Below, piece by piece: positions 40,891 to 50,226 of a DNA stretch of 64,000 nucleotides. The position numbers and the translations under genes are program-made. The number at the start of each line of letters is the position of its first letter. Within the stretch, counting starts at the first letter, position 1. Under the pieces are notes generated by a model. It made no database searches and had not been told where the DNA came from. It saw nothing but the letters and a program-made list of their open reading frames with translations. Origin of the DNA: Bacillota bacterium (GTDB taxonomy: Bacteria > Bacillota > DTU025); contig JBMNJT010000008.1 in NCBI GenBank assembly GCA_050951805.1, positions 492,998 through 556,997 on the forward strand, written 5' to 3'.

Positions 40891-42485
40891 TGTCAACCGA
40901 CTGTGAAAATGTCACCCCTTTTGGGGGTTAATCCGACTGAGAAAATGTCACCCCTGTGGTTGTGTTCCGCTGGCGACCCGCGCATTATGCTCAGGCTCGC
41001 GGCCGAGTCAAGGATCGGCCTGCGGCCTGCTTTGCTCCTTGACTCGGCCTCTGCGCCTGATTGAGATTAGGGTGCCGCCAGCGGGAAACTGTTGTTTTGT
41101 CTGTTTTTGGTCTGGGTCGCCTCGCGTGCTTGCTGAATGTGTTGTTGACGCTCGTAGCTCGCACGTTTCCATGGATGATCATCCGGGGGCTTCCATGGCA
41201 TCCTCGGGGCTTTAGGCTCTTGGGCTGCAGCCGAGGTTGAGTCTTCGATTGCCGGTGTGGAGTTGAACTCGGCTAGGCTGTAGCATTTTCCCTTGTAGAG
41301 TGCGTTGATTGACCCGTCCATGTGCGTAAGCACGAAAACGGGATCCTTCCTGGCCAATCCGACAACGTGGCCGTATGCATCCAGAAGACGGAACTTGGTG
41401 CCATGGTAGGATATGAGTGATCCTCCCAGCCCTTGACGAGATTCCCTGATCGAAAGAATCATGTCGAGATCCATGTCGGGAGTCAGAAGACGAAAAGCGG
41501 GTGTCTCATCAGCTGCGGGAACGGCAAAACGGGCGTTGTACCTAGGAATATATCCGGGAAGGAACTGATTTGCCTGTTCGATTGTATTGATTCCGGCAAG
41601 GCGCATCTCAATAGGCAGCCTTCCCTGAAGCGTCTCCCATGCGCGCTCAATACGGCCCTTTGCTTGAGGCGAATGCGCTGGTATGTGAGTGATCTGTAGT
41701 TCATCGAGAATGCGGCCTATCTGGGTAAGATTAACCCGCTTTCCCTGGAGTTGTTCTTCGATGGTGAGCTTGTCCATCTTGGGCGAGAAAAACATGGTAT
41801 GGCGGTCAGAATACAAGCACAGCGGTATGCCGTTGTTCTCGAGCACCTGACGGAACACATGGAGGTATCCTATGATGTCTTCCTGAGGCCTGAAATACAG
41901 GCCCAGGATGGCTCCGGTGGCATCATCGATGATCCCATGAAGCGACATAGCTGGGCCTCTTCCTTCGAGCCAGTCATAGGGACTGGCATCGCATTGGAGC
42001 AAGATCCCCGATTGGGGTTTTCGCTCTCGCATGCGTCTGTGGCGCGGGGCTCTTTTGGTGGAGCACACTATCCCGGCCCTCTTAAGCAATCGTTGTACAG
42101 TGCGTGGACTCACCGAGATCTGATAGCCCTCTGCCATGAGCTCGGACATATGGGTGCAATTTGCGTCTTTCAGGTCGGTCTGAGCTAGCTCGATGATGCG
42201 TGCCGCGATTGATGGGTCTAAAGCATGCTTGGGCTTGCGTCCGGCATTGCCATGCCCTAGGGCCTGGATTCCGTTACTCTGCATCTCCTTTTTGATCCGT
42301 TTGATCTGGCGGACACTTAATCCAAGCATATTGGCAGCCTGCGCGTTTGTGATTTGCCCGGCGGCAAGCTGATCCATTACGAAGACCCTCTTCCGTAATT
42401 TTTCCGTCAAGATGATGTCCCCCTTGTTCATGGGTGACATTATCTCAGACGCGTTATGGGGTGACAATATCACAGACGCGTAACA
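40891..42485 (-). mobile_element. IS1202-family (formerly ISNCY) insertion sequence, 1595 bp
   Basis: TGT...ACA ends; two subterminal repeats per end (CCGACTG[T/A]GAAAATGTCACCCC left; GGGTGACA...CAGACGCG right); 16-bp flanking duplication. Confidence 0.88.
41067..42410 (-). CDS. DDE transposase (IS1202/ISNCY type)
   Basis: N-terminal HTH, LQCDAS..WLE, IDDATG, YSDRH, PQAKGRIER..TLQGRL, C-terminal PDDHPW; TTG start with AAGGGGG RBS (ATG 42431 alternative). Confidence 0.9.
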   Translation of the reverse strand: MTEKLRKRVFVMDQLAAGQITNAQAANMLGLSVRQIKRIKKEMQSNGIQALGHGNAGRKPKHALDPSIAARIIELAQTDLKDANCTHMSELMAEGYQISVSPRTVQRLLKRAGIVCSTKRAPRHRRMRERKPQSGILLQCDASPYDWLEGRGPAMSLHGIIDDATGAILGLYFRPQEDIIGYLHVFRQVLENNGIPLCLYSDRHTMFFSPKMDKLTIEEQLQGKRVNLTQIGRILDELQITHIPAHSPQAKGRIERAWETLQGRLPIEMRLAGINTIEQANQFLPGYIPRYNARFAVPAADETPAFRLLTPDMDLDMILSIRESRQGLGGSLISYHGTKFRLLDAYGHVVGLARKDPVFVLTHMDGSINALYKGKCYSLAEFNSTPAIEDSTSAAAQEPKAPRMPWKPPDDHPWKRASYERQQHIQQAREATQTKNRQNNSFPLAAP

Positions 42486-42501
42486 CGAGTTGCTCGAACA
42501 C
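42486..42501 (+). repeat. 16-bp target-site duplication, right copy
   Basis: CGAGTTGCTCGAACAC, identical to 40875-40890. Confidence 0.92.
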
Positions 42502-42530
42502 TTTACAAACGTCGGAGCCTCTGCTATAAT
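42502..42530 (+). promoter_or_regulatory. Sigma-A promoter of the tRNA pair
   Basis: TTTACA-N17-TATAAT with extended TG. Confidence 0.75.
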
Positions 42531-42552
42531 CGGCAATGGACACTGATTCCAC

Positions 42553-42626
42553 TGGGGAGTCGTCTAGTGGTAGGACGTCAGACTCTGGATCTGATTGCGA
42601 GGGTTCGAATCCTTCCTCCCCAGCCA
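42553..42626 (+). tRNA. tRNA-Gln(CTG)
   Basis: Cloverleaf; anticodon arm TCAGA-CTCTGGA-TCTGA; GTTCGAATC; encoded CCA. Confidence 0.95.
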
Positions 42627-42632
42627 ATTAAT

Positions 42633-42708
42633 GGCCCCGTAGTCTAGCGGTCTAGGACGTCGCCCTCTCAAGGCGAAGACACGGATTCGAACTCCGTCGG
42701 GGCTACCA
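42633..42708 (+). tRNA. tRNA-Glu(CTC)
   Basis: Anticodon arm TCGCC-CTCTCAA-GGCGA; T arm ACGGA-TTCGAAC-TCCGT; encoded CCA. Confidence 0.95.
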
Positions 42709-42718
42709 GAAGAGTATT

Positions 42719-42745
42719 CGCCCTGAGTTGTCAGGGCGTTTTTTT
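42719..42745 (+). terminator. Intrinsic terminator
   Basis: CGCCCTGA-GTTG-TCAGGGCG followed by T7. Confidence 0.9.
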
Positions 42746-43081
42746 GTGTACTTTATTATGAATTTCGCATTCAATATTCAATGCGTGGACGGCCAAATAC
42801 GGCATGAACCTGCTTGAGGGTCTCGGAAGACATGCCCGCGAACCACACGTTTCTCCGAATAAAAACCTTGCTATCATGTCATTTCCTGTAGAGTAGAAGA
42901 AATTCGATCAGCGTGGGCAAGACACGCGCAAACACTCGTATTCATCTTGCAAGATTTGTAGGCGGCTTGGCTGACCATGTCATCGGTTTGTTGGACGAAA
43001 TGAAGGTTGATGGTGGCTTTCTGCATCAGGGTTCATGAGCAGGCAGACTTATGCTGTTGTGCGGCACTTGAGCAAGTCAAT

Positions 43082-45145
43082 CTACCGGACTATGCGGAAG
43101 CCTAGTTGCGCAAGGATGGATTCGGGGATATCTGCCAGATCTGTTGGGGGTGCGAAATAGAAACCTTGTGCGAAGTCTATCCCCATGTTTTTCAGTTCCA
43201 ACAATGCCTCTTCGTTTTCCACAGATTCGGCCACTGTCCAAGCGCCAACTACGTGGACAACAGAGTTGATAGCCTCTACAACCAACCCGTGTGAAGGATT
43301 TCCCACCATTGATGTTACAATTGTTCCCGTTATCTTTACAATGTCAACTGGAAGATCGCTCAGGTACGACATGGATGTGTGGCCTGATCCGAAATCATCT
43401 ATAGCAAAAGAGCAACCCAGCGCCTTCATGCGCCGCATCCAGTTTCGCACTTCTTTAAAATTTCCCAGGCCGGCTGTTTCAGTTATCTCAAATCCAAGCC
43501 TTCCCGGCGCGAGTCCACTGCTTGCTACGCGCTGTTCCACTTGGGTCAAAAATGATGGCCTGCTGATGCTTCTTGCTGATAGGTTTATCGCCACATTCAT
43601 GTCGGGCCTCTCATTAAGTACCTCTATCGCATGCTCGAGCACCCACAGGTCTATTTGTGCTACTAACCCGATTGCCTCTGCCCAAGGGATGAATTTCCCG
43701 GGTGGGATGATCTCACCGTTGGGACCCTCTATGCGCACGAGAGCTTCATGGAGGCGAGACCCATCCATATAGCCCACCCACTTGAGGGCATGGTCTTGGT
43801 CAGCGAAATGGTTTTTGCTACCACGGTTGGGGTTGATCGGGACTATAGGAACAATGGGCTGGAAATGGAGTATGAATTTATCATGTTCTAAGGCATCCTC
43901 TATCATCGCTATCTGCGTGTATGCGTCGGGTTCGTCCCTGCCTCCAGCGGCGACGCTGGAGCATACAATTCGGTTTTTTCCCGCTGATTTAGCTGCGCAG
44001 AGGGCTGAATCGGCGCGAAGCGCCACGTCTTTGACGGACGAGTTCGCGTCTATTTCCGCTATTCCGACGCTTACTGTCAAGTAGACTGTAATTGCGGTGC
44101 CTCCGGTCTCCACTTCCACATGCTCCAACGATGCTCGTATGCGCTCTGCGGTAACCACTGCCTGTTCAATGGCGGGTGTGCGGACAAGTACGGCGAAAGC
44201 GTCTTCGCCGAAGCGCGCAACGAAATCTTCCTTTCGCACCTCGTCTCTTATGTGTTGTGCTACTTGCACTAGTACATCATCGCCTACTCCGTAAGAAAGA
44301 GTGTCGTTCAATGTCCTGAAGTCATCTATGTCGATGAGTAGGAGGGTGCTCTGTAGGTCGGTTCCTGCCTCCCGGATAGCCCGTTCAATTTCGCTGATAA
44401 GGGCAGAACGATTGGCCAAGCCTGTGAGCTGGTCATGGCTGGCGGTGCGGAGTTGTTCGGTCGCCTCGTTCTCAGCGTGCATTCGTGGCAGCGCTATGCC
44501 GAGTGTTCCTGTAAGGGCTAGCGCGAAGGCGATCACCGACCATCCCTTTGCAAGTGGCTTCGGGCAGTCTGCCGCGTCAACTTCGAGGGCCAGAGCAGCA
44601 ACCACGGTGCCTGTGCGAGTGTCAATTACCGGGGCACACGCTGTGACCGATTTGCTGCGACCACTGGGGTACGGGCCTCTGACAATTGGATGCCCGGCAA
44701 AAATCAGAGCCACCTCTTCCGGAGATGCTCTGCCAATTACATCGCCGGGATTAGGCAGAGTATTGCTGGAACCCGGTTGAGCGGATGCGCCGCTAATGAA
44801 CCTGATTCTCTGGCTGTCTAGGCTGACGATGTATGCAGCGGTGAGGCTTGGGCGTGTTTGGTTGGGGGATGCAACCCTGTTGGAGCACGGCCGGAGAAGA
44901 AGACTAAACGCTTCTTCCAGATTGGAAAGAATGGCAGGATCTATCAAGGCGGCAGCGGTTGTTGCACGAGATAGAAGGTTGTTTTTGACTTCACGACACA
45001 GATGATTCGCTCTGACAATGACGGTTGACAGGATGATTGAGGACAATAACATTGCCCAAAAAGTGCACTGGACCCAGTCGGTGGAAGACTCCGGCGATGA
45101 TGAGCTTATATTGCCAAAGGGTTTTCGCGATCGTGACAAGATCAA
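43082..45145 (-). CDS. Membrane-anchored GGDEF-EAL protein, probably a c-di-GMP phosphodiesterase
   Basis: Two TM segments flank a sensor region; DQLTGLANR, degenerate RFGEDAF; intact EAL, EITET, DDFGSG, AESVE, QGF. Confidence 0.88.
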   Translation of the reverse strand: MILSRSRKPFGNISSSSPESSTDWVQCTFWAMLLSSIILSTVIVRANHLCREVKNNLLSRATTAAALIDPAILSNLEEAFSLLLRPCSNRVASPNQTRPSLTAAYIVSLDSQRIRFISGASAQPGSSNTLPNPGDVIGRASPEEVALIFAGHPIVRGPYPSGRSKSVTACAPVIDTRTGTVVAALALEVDAADCPKPLAKGWSVIAFALALTGTLGIALPRMHAENEATEQLRTASHDQLTGLANRSALISEIERAIREAGTDLQSTLLLIDIDDFRTLNDTLSYGVGDDVLVQVAQHIRDEVRKEDFVARFGEDAFAVLVRTPAIEQAVVTAERIRASLEHVEVETGGTAITVYLTVSVGIAEIDANSSVKDVALRADSALCAAKSAGKNRIVCSSVAAGGRDEPDAYTQIAMIEDALEHDKFILHFQPIVPIVPINPNRGSKNHFADQDHALKWVGYMDGSRLHEALVRIEGPNGEIIPPGKFIPWAEAIGLVAQIDLWVLEHAIEVLNERPDMNVAINLSARSISRPSFLTQVEQRVASSGLAPGRLGFEITETAGLGNFKEVRNWMRRMKALGCSFAIDDFGSGHTSMSYLSDLPVDIVKITGTIVTSMVGNPSHGLVVEAINSVVHVVGAWTVAESVENEEALLELKNMGIDFAQGFYFAPPTDLADIPESILAQLGFRIVR

Positions 45146-45446
45146 GGGCTAAGCCCCCTCAAGAGTAAGCTATTGTGCCAGCGAACGTTGGAGCAGAGAA
45201 ATGGCGTGTTATTCCACGTTAACTTTCGACGAACTGTTTGAAAAACCTCCAAGGTATGGCTCAAATATCATCCGGGTGGTATTTGCAGTTATGGAAGGAC
45301 ATGGGTCGAAAGAGAGGAAAGTACTGAGCGTAGACCGACCAGTCCGCGTGGTCGCTCTTGCGCGAGCGTGGCGTGTGGTCGAGGCCTTTGACGCAGCAAT
45401 CCTTCAATATGTCTATTGCTAGCTCGCATGCTGCGCTCAGAACAAT

Positions 45447-46466
45447 ATGAGAGGAGGGTTGAAGATGTGTAGACAGCGGCGATTTGCACTTGGTGTTGTG
45501 ATGATACTGATGGCGGCAGGAATGTCTGGTTGCCTGAAGAGTCAGCGGGCTGAGGCCGGCATTGGAGCTATGTCCGTGCATGCCTCCATAAAATCGGTTC
45601 CATCGACTGCCTGTCCGCCCAGAGTGATCGCCCTCAGGCTGACCATGGGTGGGTTTGAGATCAGGGAAGAGCTTCCCATTGTGAACCACTCAGCATCAAG
45701 CCTTATCCAGTCTCTTGCGGCCGGCGTGTGGAATATTGATGCGGCTGCTGTGGATGGGGAGGGTGACACGATCTATGAGGGGAAGGCTAAGGCTGAGGTG
45801 AGGCGGGACACTGTTGTTCCACTTAAAATGACCCTGAACCCAGTGCCGGGCAGAGTGAGGTTTGAAGCGTCAGCAGAAGGGTTACCTGACTTCGAGTCCA
45901 TAGATGCCGCGGAGTTCTGGGTGTACCATGCAGGAGGCACGTCAGCCTACCGTTCATACAAGGATGTTCAGCGTTCGGGCGGGCTGTTTACAGTGGAAGA
46001 CACAGGTTACGTTCCTCGATCATATGACATGCGAGTGGTATTTCTCAGGGAAGATGGATCTGCCCTCTACGAAAGCGACTATATAGGCATTGGTGTATGT
46101 CCGGGGAAGAGAACAACAGTCAGTTGGACGCCGGGGTTCGGGAGCCTTGAGGTGGAAATCGGCTTTCAGCCGTATCCAATATCGCCTAAGGATGTTGCCG
46201 TTAGCATAGAGGACACCTCTGCCACGGTTTCGTGGACTCCAGTAGAAGAGAGCATGGTCGACCACTACAGGGTCTACTGGCGTTATTCCACTCAGGAGCG
46301 GTACATTACGTCCAGATCTGTCGTGGTTGAAGCGCCGGCATCATCGGCTGCAGTGTCGCTCTCTTCGCGTCAACGCGGCTCGGAAGTGAGGTTCGTAGTT
46401 GTTGCGCGAGATGCGCAAGGGCAGGAGAGCCTCCGAAGCGACGAGGCGGTTGCGGAATACAGGTGA
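45447..46466 (+). CDS. Putative lipoprotein with C-terminal fibronectin type III-like domain
   Basis: Lipobox-like MSGC; SWTP...YRVY and VVARD.QGQES FN3 pattern. Confidence 0.7.
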   Translation: MRGGLKMCRQRRFALGVVMILMAAGMSGCLKSQRAEAGIGAMSVHASIKSVPSTACPPRVIALRLTMGGFEIREELPIVNHSASSLIQSLAAGVWNIDAAAVDGEGDTIYEGKAKAEVRRDTVVPLKMTLNPVPGRVRFEASAEGLPDFESIDAAEFWVYHAGGTSAYRSYKDVQRSGGLFTVEDTGYVPRSYDMRVVFLREDGSALYESDYIGIGVCPGKRTTVSWTPGFGSLEVEIGFQPYPISPKDVAVSIEDTSATVSWTPVEESMVDHYRVYWRYSTQERYITSRSVVVEAPASSAAVSLSSRQRGSEVRFVVVARDAQGQESLRSDEAVAEYR

Positions 46467-46482
46467 TGGTATCGTTAACAAG

Positions 46483-46503
46483 GCCGCCCGCATGGCGGGC
46501 GGC
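46483..46503. terminator. GC-rich hairpin between convergent genes
   Basis: GCCGCCCGC-ATG-GCGGGCGGC. Confidence 0.6.
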
Positions 46504-46536
46504 GCACCTATACTCTCGTTTGTTTCTCGAGCTCTT

Positions 46537-47886
46537 TCAGAGTTGCAGTACTGATTTGGCTATGCTGAAGTAGATCAGCAGGCCAAAAGCGTCCACGATC
46601 GTGGTTATCAGCGGCGCCGACATCACTGCCGGATCCACCTTGAGGGTTGTAGCTATTATCGGCAGAAGTGCGCCTATCACGGTGCTCAGAACGACTATTG
46701 CTAGCACCGCCAGGCAAACGATAATGCCAATATCCGATGAGCCTCCAACCCGCCAAGCCCGAAAGAATCCTACGCCAGCCATGACTACCCCGAGGCCGAG
46801 TCCGACGACAAGTTCCCTTGCCATCACAGTCCATACGTCCCGAAGTTTTATGTCCCTTACCGCAAGACCTCGTATGACCACGGTGGATGCCTGAGAGCCT
46901 GCATTTCCGCCGCAGTCTATCAGAAGCGGTATGAAGAAGGTTAGCTCTATAACGCTTTGCATCGCGTCACTGAACTGCCGCATTATGCCTCCGGTAAAAG
47001 ACTCGGCGATGAAGAGTACCAGGAGCCATACGATACGGCTGCCCCAAAGCTCTTTGATGCTCGTCGAAAAATACGGGCGTTCCAGAGGCATTGTTCCTGC
47101 GATTTTCTGCATGTCTTCTGTGGCCTCTTCCTCGAAAACGTCGAGAATATCGTCGGCTGTAATGATGCCCGTGAGTCTTTGTTCCTTGTCGACGACGGGA
47201 AGAGCCAGAAATCGATACTTCTTGAACAGTTGGGCGACGTCTTCCTGGTCCGCCTCGACTGGCACTGAAAGCACGTTAGTGTTCATGATGGCGTCGATCC
47301 TAGTGGAAAGGTCTGCCACGACCAGGTCCCTAAGGGACAAGACTCCGACCAAATGTTCGTCGTCATCGAGCACGTAAATGTAGTAGACTGTTTCGGCCTC
47401 AGGAGCTACGTGTCGAAGTTCTGCCAATGTCTGCTCCACGGTCCAGTCGGACTGGATGGACACGTATTCTGTGGCCATGATGCCGCCTGAGGAGTGCTCA
47501 TCATATTGAAGCAGTTCCCGCACATCTTGTCCGTGTGAGTTCATGAGATCCAAAAGGGTTTCAGCCTTGGCTTCCGGAAGCTCTGCGATTAGGTCGGCGG
47601 CGTCGTCAGAGTCCATCTCCTTTAGTATCTCAGAGGAACGGGCTGCGCCCATTAGCCTGATCAGCTCTGCTTGATCTGCAGGCTCCAGCTCTTGAACTAT
47701 GTCGGCTGCGACATCCGCGGGAATAACGTGGAAGAATGCGCTGCGTTCCGCATCGTCAAGTTCTTCGAGCAGGTCAACTATGTCGGCCGGGTGCAGTGTA
47801 GTCGCGAATTCAATGAGGGCCTCGTCGGTTCCACCTGCCAGCAGAGCCCTCATATGTTCGATGATGTTCTCATAGGTTTCATCCAC
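46537..47886 (-). CDS. mgtE: Magnesium transporter MgtE
   Basis: HPADI N-domain, CBS pair, GGNAGSQ, DPAVMSAPLITTIVD. Confidence 0.95.
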   Translation of the reverse strand: MDETYENIIEHMRALLAGGTDEALIEFATTLHPADIVDLLEELDDAERSAFFHVIPADVAADIVQELEPADQAELIRLMGAARSSEILKEMDSDDAADLIAELPEAKAETLLDLMNSHGQDVRELLQYDEHSSGGIMATEYVSIQSDWTVEQTLAELRHVAPEAETVYYIYVLDDDEHLVGVLSLRDLVVADLSTRIDAIMNTNVLSVPVEADQEDVAQLFKKYRFLALPVVDKEQRLTGIITADDILDVFEEEATEDMQKIAGTMPLERPYFSTSIKELWGSRIVWLLVLFIAESFTGGIMRQFSDAMQSVIELTFFIPLLIDCGGNAGSQASTVVIRGLAVRDIKLRDVWTVMARELVVGLGLGVVMAGVGFFRAWRVGGSSDIGIIVCLAVLAIVVLSTVIGALLPIIATTLKVDPAVMSAPLITTIVDAFGLLIYFSIAKSVLQL

Positions 47887-48095
47887 AATAACACCCCCTA
47901 TGTGGGGCGCTCACCAACCTTTGGAAGAGGTGGACGACGCCCCAGATTCGATTGCATGTTGGATGAATGACCGCTGGACAGAGCTGGATTTATTCATGTG
48001 CTCTGTACTGCCGGGGTCTCCGTCCACTTATTCTCCCTCCTTTTGGCGATCAACTGGAAACCTGATGACCCAGTGCAACAGCGTGTCAGTTGCCT
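47887..48095 (-). promoter_or_regulatory. Structured mgtE 5' leader (candidate translational attenuator)
   Basis: 5' stem CAACTG...CAGTTG; alternative pairings among 48013-48027, 47930-47943, 47904-47909 and the mgtE RBS 47892-47899. Confidence 0.6.
47911..48027 (-). CDS. Putative mgtE leader peptide, 38 aa (MDGDPGSTEH...)
   Basis: AAAGGAGGGAG RBS, GTG start, TGA at 47911-47913; below the ORF-track cutoff. Confidence 0.6.
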   Translation of the reverse strand: MDGDPGSTEHMNKSSSVQRSFIQHAIESGASSTSSKGW

Positions 48096-48100
48096 TGGTA

Positions 48101-48129
48101 ATTATACTATTGCTGCAGCAGATTGTCAC
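48101..48129 (-). promoter_or_regulatory. Sigma-A promoter of mgtE
   Basis: GTGACA-N17-TATAAT on the minus strand. Confidence 0.7.
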
Positions 48130-48214
48130 TCTTGGCGTTGTCTTGGGCCTCCAATCTCTGCACAAAATCGAGGTCCTGCGGGGACGACGTGCGTTTTGCT
48201 TAGCTTCTTTCGCC

Positions 48215-48294
48215 TAAGTAACTTGCGAGAACATCTTGGTCCATTTGAGCTTGAACTGTGGGCGGTACAAGGCCGATAAACTCGCAGGAACTTA
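48215..48294. repeat. Short degenerate intergenic repeat, copy 2, with imperfect terminal inverted repeats
   Basis: TAAGTAACTTGCGAG ... CTCGCAGGAACTTA; shares a 15-mer with 10952-10966. Confidence 0.4.
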
Positions 48295-48363
48295 TTGTTA
48301 CGTGATTGGCTTGGCGGGACTTTTGGGTGCGATGGAATTAACCCGGGGAAGATATGCAAACAC

Positions 48364-48457
48364 TATCCTGGCTTAGCGGGGCACTAACCCGAAAGGGCCG
48401 AAAACGGCGCGACTCTACAGGGGCCAAGTCGAGGGCCCGGGCTCTGACTGATCGACC
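48364..48457 (+). ncRNA. Candidate structured RNA, unassigned
   Basis: Tandem hairpins CCC-GAAA-GGG and CCG-AAAA-CGG enclosed by CCTG/CAGG, then AGTC-G-AGGGC-CCGG-GCTCT-GACT. Confidence 0.35.
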
Positions 48458-48992
48458 CACATTAGGTCATGGCGCGCCGAGTAATCACACAAAAGCAATT
48501 TAGCGCTTTCAAGCGGCCAAGAAGCTATTCAAATGTAGAGATGGCATGGAAGAATAATCAGAAACTGCTTGGAGTTGGTGGCTAGGGTATATGGTCTCGT
48601 GGTTGAAAACCCACAAGGATGAGCGCGACGGAGCGTTAGATCTGTAAGTTTGAGCACTTTGCAGGGACATGCCTTATAGGGCCACAACTAACTGGGGATA
48701 TCTGGTATGTGCTGGGGAGACGCAACGGGCTGTGCAGGAAGAGCAAGCAAGTCACGCAGAGAATATCTGATGACAAGTCTCGACGAGTTCCTGCACGGTC
48801 CTCGGGGCCATTCGCGTGCACTGGGGGTTACTGGGCGCGCCACTTCCGTCGTTTTGTGTACGGTATGAAGAAGTCGCAAATGTCGGCAGATATGATAAAA
48901 TCAAGATGTGCACGGCAGTAAGCCGAATGGATGTGGGGCGTGCTCGGTGATTCACAGGGCTGGGCGTTCCCTGCAAGTGTGGGGGTGTACCG

Positions 48993-49946
48993 ATGTCTGA
49001 TTTGCGGGAGGCGGCGCTGATTGCGGTCAGGGACTGCATGGGCGCAAGGTCTGGCGAGGATGTGTTGGTGATCATGGACAAGGGTACGCGTACAGTGGGA
49101 ATGGCGCTTTTTGAGGCCGCTGTATCCCTTGGGTGCGAAGCTATGGTTGTGGAGATAATACCGCGCAAGATGAACGGTGAGGAGCCTCCCGAGCCGGTAG
49201 GCGAGATGATGAAGCACGTTGATATCGTGCTTGCTCCCACCAGCAAGTCCATTACTCACACAGTGGCCAGGGGAAATGCGTGCAAGGCAGGTGCCAGAGT
49301 CGCTACTTTGCCGGGCATTACCGAGGACTGTATGACTCGTGCGCTCGTGGCTGACTATGATGAGGTGGCCAAGAGGGCTGAAAAATATGCCCGGATATTG
49401 ACGGATGGCAAGATAGTTCGTATAACCAATGCTGATGGAACCGATATATCAATGTCGCTGGAAGGCAGAGTTGGGATGGCTGATACCGGCATCTATCGAG
49501 ACCCCGGACAATCAGGTAACCTTCCAGCTGGCGAGGCCTTCATCGCTCCGGTTGAGGGAACGGCAAATGGAGTATTCGTGGCGGATGGGGCCATGGCGGG
49601 GCCGGAGTTTGCAGGCACGAAGATCAGAATAACTGTGGCTAATGGGTATGCTACGAGCATTGAAGGCGGAGAGGCTGCCAGGACCATAGAGAAGATGATA
49701 AGCCCGCTGGGGATGCCGGCGCGGAATATTGCGGAACTTGGGATAGGCGTAAATGACCGTGCGAAGATAACAGGCCAGGTTTTGGAGGACGAAAAAGTCA
49801 TGGGCACAATCCACATTGCTCTGGGCGACAACTCCAATTTCGGAGGAAATGTGAGAGTCGCAAGCCACCTGGATGGGATAGTTGTGGCGCCCACGGTGGA
49901 AGTGGATGGTGTAGTCATAATGGATTCCGGGAAGTTTACCCACTGA
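48993..49946 (+). CDS. Aminopeptidase (M29/thermophilic metalloprotease-like)
   Basis: GEEPP, GNLPAGEAF, NIAELGIG, LEDEK, HIALGDN, HLD. Confidence 0.85.
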   Translation: MSDLREAALIAVRDCMGARSGEDVLVIMDKGTRTVGMALFEAAVSLGCEAMVVEIIPRKMNGEEPPEPVGEMMKHVDIVLAPTSKSITHTVARGNACKAGARVATLPGITEDCMTRALVADYDEVAKRAEKYARILTDGKIVRITNADGTDISMSLEGRVGMADTGIYRDPGQSGNLPAGEAFIAPVEGTANGVFVADGAMAGPEFAGTKIRITVANGYATSIEGGEAARTIEKMISPLGMPARNIAELGIGVNDRAKITGQVLEDEKVMGTIHIALGDNSNFGGNVRVASHLDGIVVAPTVEVDGVVIMDSGKFTH

Positions 49947-50010
49947 AGGACTCGAGCGAACACTCTATGCCGCTCGTTTGCCGATGGGCGGAAATGCGGA
50001 GGGGATGCAG

Positions 50011-50226
50011 GTGAGAAAGGTCATCCATAAGATCCCGAGGCAGATTCGAGTTGCAGGATTCAGTGGCGACAGGAAGCGGCGTCCACCCGATTTTACAGAC
50101 AGCGATGTTGTAGATGCGATTCTGACTGAGGTTGAATGGGAGGAGGAAGGATTGCCCGACACGCGGCTGGACGGGTGGTGGTCCGATGCGTGGTCTCAGC
50201 CGGCTGGAAAACCTGAAGACCGTTGA
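50011..50226 (+). CDS. Small hypothetical protein
   Basis: GGAGGGG RBS before ATG 50005 / GTG 50011; basic N-terminal half, acidic C-terminal half. Confidence 0.45.
   Translation: MRKVIHKIPRQIRVAGFSGDRKRRPPDFTDSDVVDAILTEVEWEEEGLPDTRLDGWWSDAWSQPAGKPEDR

Noticed and set aside
40897-40954. CRISPR-like direct repeats (22-bp pair)
   Set aside because: Only two copies with a 14-bp gap, mirrored at the other IS end; these are transposase-binding repeats, and no cas genes are present.
47887-48250. M-box (ykoK) riboswitch upstream of mgtE
   Set aside because: No recognisable M-box core or terminator; the leader is better explained by the uORF and alternative helices.
48376-48430. c-di-GMP-I riboswitch (GGCAC...GAAA hairpin)
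   Set aside because: Lacks GGCAAA, the GCAAAG junction and the tetraloop-receptor stem.
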